Shown piece after piece: positions 8,043-10,153 of a DNA stretch of 10,153 bases. The stretch covers positions 7,774 to 17,926 of the forward strand of contig JBBIVV010000031.1 in NCBI GenBank assembly GCA_037439545.1. Reading direction: 5' to 3'. The position numbers were made by a program, and so were the translations under genes. How positions within the stretch are numbered: the stretch's first letter is position 1; each line of letters opens with the position of its first letter. Below the pieces are notes generated by a model. That model did not search any database. It worked only from the letters and a program-made list of their open reading frames with translations, and had not been told where the DNA came from. The DNA comes from a bacterium (GTDB taxonomy: Bacteria > JAMCPX01).

Positions 8043-9290
8043 ATGAAACGTAATGTCGCAATCATAAGTGTTGGTTACAATGGCAGGTTTGTCAGTAAGA
8101 GACCTGATATAAATATACCGGAGCTCATTCAGCCGGCAGTCAACAACGCACTCGGTAAAACAAAGCTCAAGCCGGAGAACATAGATGCATACGTTGTCGG
8201 CAATATGCACACATTTGAAGGCGTAAACCAGCCCCACCTCTGGGCAGGCGACCACTACAATGGTAATATGAAGCCTGTTATGAGGATTGCAACAGGCGGG
8301 ACGACAGGTGCTTCCGTTTATCAGGCAGCTTATTACCATGTTGCATCAGGTTTATACGATGTCGTCATGGCAATAGGCTGGGAAAAGCACGATGAAGGGG
8401 ATGCACAGATAGGTTTAATGGGTATACTCCTGCCCGAGGCGTTCTCTATGTTCAATTTCGGTCCTGACATGAGTGAGGACCGCGGTATCGCAGGGCTTGG
8501 AGGAGGCGGGTCAACAGGCGGTGCAGCATTCCAGGCAATGTCCTATCTGACGAAGGCACACGCGGGTATCGAGCACATTGACAGGGTTGCAGCAATGATG
8601 AGGTCGAATGCAGCTAAAAACCCTTATGCACATCTGCAGATACCCGGCTGTACTGAGGCAGATATTGCAAAGACCTCCATTATCTCATATCCCTTAAGAT
8701 TCGGACATACATGCCCGACATCATGCGGTGCTGTTGCCATGATTCTTGTATCTGAAGAAAAGGCAAAGAAATTCGGTATAACCGACAGGGTTGCATGGAT
8801 AAAGGGGCTCGGCTCGGGTACATCCGATGCTTCAACCGGTAATATTATTGATGGACAGATTACCGATCCTGCTGAACAGTACATGTGCAAGGTCATTGCA
8901 AAAAAAGTTTACGGCATGGCGGGGATCAAGGATCCGAAAAAAGAGATCCAGGTAGCAGAGGTTTATTCCGGCTTTTCGCATCAGGACCTTATGTGGCCTG
9001 AAAGACTCGGCCTGGTCGACGAAGGCAAGTCACCGCAGATGCTCGATAAAGGTGCATTTGCAATAGACGGTGAGCTGCCGCTGAATCCATCGGGCGGCGT
9101 TACAAGTACGAACGCCATAGGCGCATCTGCCATGGTAAGGGTTTCGGAAGCGGCTTTACAGGTCATGGGCATTGCTGAGGGCGGCCATCAAGTGCAGAGG
9201 AAGATCGAAAATGTAGTTGCCCATGCCTGGGGAGGATTGTTCCAGTTTGTCAACGTAACGGTGCTCGGCAAAACACCTGTAAAGAAATAA
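8043..9290 (+). CDS. SCP2-type thiolase-like protein, Ltp3-like, catalytic Cys absent (putative retro-aldolase subunit)
   Basis: FEGV..P.L, KPVMRIATGGTTG (no Cys), GWEK, NAAKNPYAHLQ, AEVYSGF, LNPSGGVTSTNAIGASAMVR, HAWGG. SD AAGGAGG in the last codons of the upstream gene. Confidence 0.88.
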   Translation: MKRNVAIISVGYNGRFVSKRPDINIPELIQPAVNNALGKTKLKPENIDAYVVGNMHTFEGVNQPHLWAGDHYNGNMKPVMRIATGGTTGASVYQAAYYHVASGLYDVVMAIGWEKHDEGDAQIGLMGILLPEAFSMFNFGPDMSEDRGIAGLGGGGSTGGAAFQAMSYLTKAHAGIEHIDRVAAMMRSNAAKNPYAHLQIPGCTEADIAKTSIISYPLRFGHTCPTSCGAVAMILVSEEKAKKFGITDRVAWIKGLGSGTSDASTGNIIDGQITDPAEQYMCKVIAKKVYGMAGIKDPKKEIQVAEVYSGFSHQDLMWPERLGLVDEGKSPQMLDKGAFAIDGELPLNPSGGVTSTNAIGASAMVRVSEAALQVMGIAEGGHQVQRKIENVVAHAWGGLFQFVNVTVLGKTPVKK

Positions 9291-9299
9291 GGAGGCATT

Positions 9300-9749
9300 A
9301 TGACTCAGGAAACAAGGATAATCGAAGGCACATGGGACCTTACGGCATATCAATTTAAGATTGAGGCTGATGCCCTTAACCTGTTCGTAAAGGGGCTGAA
9401 GGACAAAAAAATATTGGGAAGAAAATGTCATAAATGCGGAACAGTTTATGTCCCGGGACCTACCTATTGCAGAAAGTGTCTTATAGATATAGATCAGGTA
9501 GTCGAAGCCGGGCAGGAGGGCGTACTTGACGCCTTTACCGTCAACCTTGCCGATGTAAGAGGTGCAATAGTCGAACATCCTTATATCACCTGCACCGTTA
9601 AACTTGATAGGTCCGATTCCTTGCTCATGGGGGTACTCGAAGGCTGGACAGACTGGCATAATGTCAAAGAGGGTATGAGAATAAAGGTCGTCTGGAAGGA
9701 CGTAACGAGCGGGGTACTCGCAGATCTGTCGCATTTCCAGTTGATATAG
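9300..9749 (+). CDS. Second DUF35-family Zn-ribbon/OB-fold protein, 149 aa
   Basis: CHKC...YVPG...CRKC, PYITCTVKLD, VKEGMRIKVVW. SD GGAGG at 9291-9295. Paralog of 6397..6846. Confidence 0.93.
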   Translation: MTQETRIIEGTWDLTAYQFKIEADALNLFVKGLKDKKILGRKCHKCGTVYVPGPTYCRKCLIDIDQVVEAGQEGVLDAFTVNLADVRGAIVEHPYITCTVKLDRSDSLLMGVLEGWTDWHNVKEGMRIKVVWKDVTSGVLADLSHFQLI

Positions 9750-9830
9750 AAAGACAACAGAAATATTTCTATTTTGGATGAATACCTGGAGGGCACTGGT
9801 GTACCCGCGCATTACGGATATTATGACATC

Positions 9831-9955
9831 AAATTCTAAATCCGAAATCCTAATTTTTTATACAATGTCCAATTTCCCAAACAACGAAAGCACCAAATAA
9901 ATATTATTTTGGTCTTAGAGATTTAAATTTATTTAGGATTTAGATATTAGAATTT
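9831..9955. repeat. AT-rich heptamer-repeat inverted-repeat element (MITE/REP-like long hairpin)
   Basis: Left arm AAATTCT-AAATCCG-AAATCCT-AA (9831-9853) pairs with TTAGGATTTAGATATTAGAATTT (9933-9955). Inner hairpin ACCAAATAA-ATA-TTATTTTGGT (9892-9913). Confidence 0.65.
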
Positions 9956-9981
9956 AATATTTGAAGAATAAGGAGGGGTTT

Positions 9982-10153
9982 ATGCGAAAATTACTGTTCG
10001 CCGGGATTGCATTGTCTCTGCCGTTCTTATCCATACTGCCGGCCCGTGCGCAGGACATCGCAACAACGATAGAGCAATTCGCATCCGCATCACCTGTGGT
10101 ACTGCAGGACATGCTTAAGAAAGGCCAGCTTATCTTCATCGATAACGCCCAGT
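9982..10153 (+). CDS. 5' part of an exported protein with Sec signal peptide (MRKLLFAGIALSLPFLSILPARA|QDIATTIEQFASASPVVLQDMLKKGQLIFIDNAQ...), truncated
   Basis: SD AAGGAGG (9970-9976), ATG 9982, basic N-region, hydrophobic H-region and A-R-A cleavage site. Open to the window end. Not in the ORF track. Confidence 0.85.
   Translation, partial: MRKLLFAGIALSLPFLSILPARAQDIATTIEQFASASPVVLQDMLKKGQLIFIDNAQ

Noticed and set aside
6892..9290. Classical acetyl-CoA acetyltransferase or BbsAB benzoylsuccinyl-CoA thiolase
   Set aside because: The nucleophilic Cys and the GHP His are missing in both proteins, and no bbs/bss genes are adjacent.
9747..9839. Amber read-through (pyrrolysine) of the second DUF35: 29 open codons after TAG
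   Set aside because: Both paralogs end at the same aligned position (YFKPL*, HFQLI*), an open run this long can arise by chance, and no pyl genes are in view.
9831..9955. CRISPR array or intrinsic terminator
   Set aside because: No direct repeat-spacer periodicity and no GC-rich stem with a U-tract.
491..10139. Short antisense or alternate-frame ORFs in the track (e.g. 9156..9812 -, 4246..4599 +, 9954..10139 -)
   Set aside because: They overlap well-supported genes and show no recognisable motifs.

Overview
Bacterial chromosomal window with two divergent operons. Gene content suggests an anaerobe, possibly deltaproteobacterial-type, but taxonomy is inference only. The minus strand carries five genes joined by 4-bp stop/start overlaps: era, der(engA), a YihY/BrkB membrane protein, a HAMP sensor histidine kinase with a periplasmic CxxCH heme-c motif, and an NtrC-family sigma54 response regulator, then probably the 5' end of an unknown gene at the left edge. 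The plus strand carries a symmetric cassette DUF35(Zn-ribbon/OB-fold), thiolase-like, thiolase-like, DUF35. Both thiolase-fold proteins lack the catalytic Cys and resemble the actinobacterial Ltp4/Ltp3 sterol side-chain retro-aldolase pair (similarity judged from memory, not a search). A ~125-bp heptamer-rich inverted-repeat element and the start of a signal-peptide-bearing protein follow. The divergent intergenic region holds a sigma70-like promoter, a long palindrome and a probable leaderless start for era.
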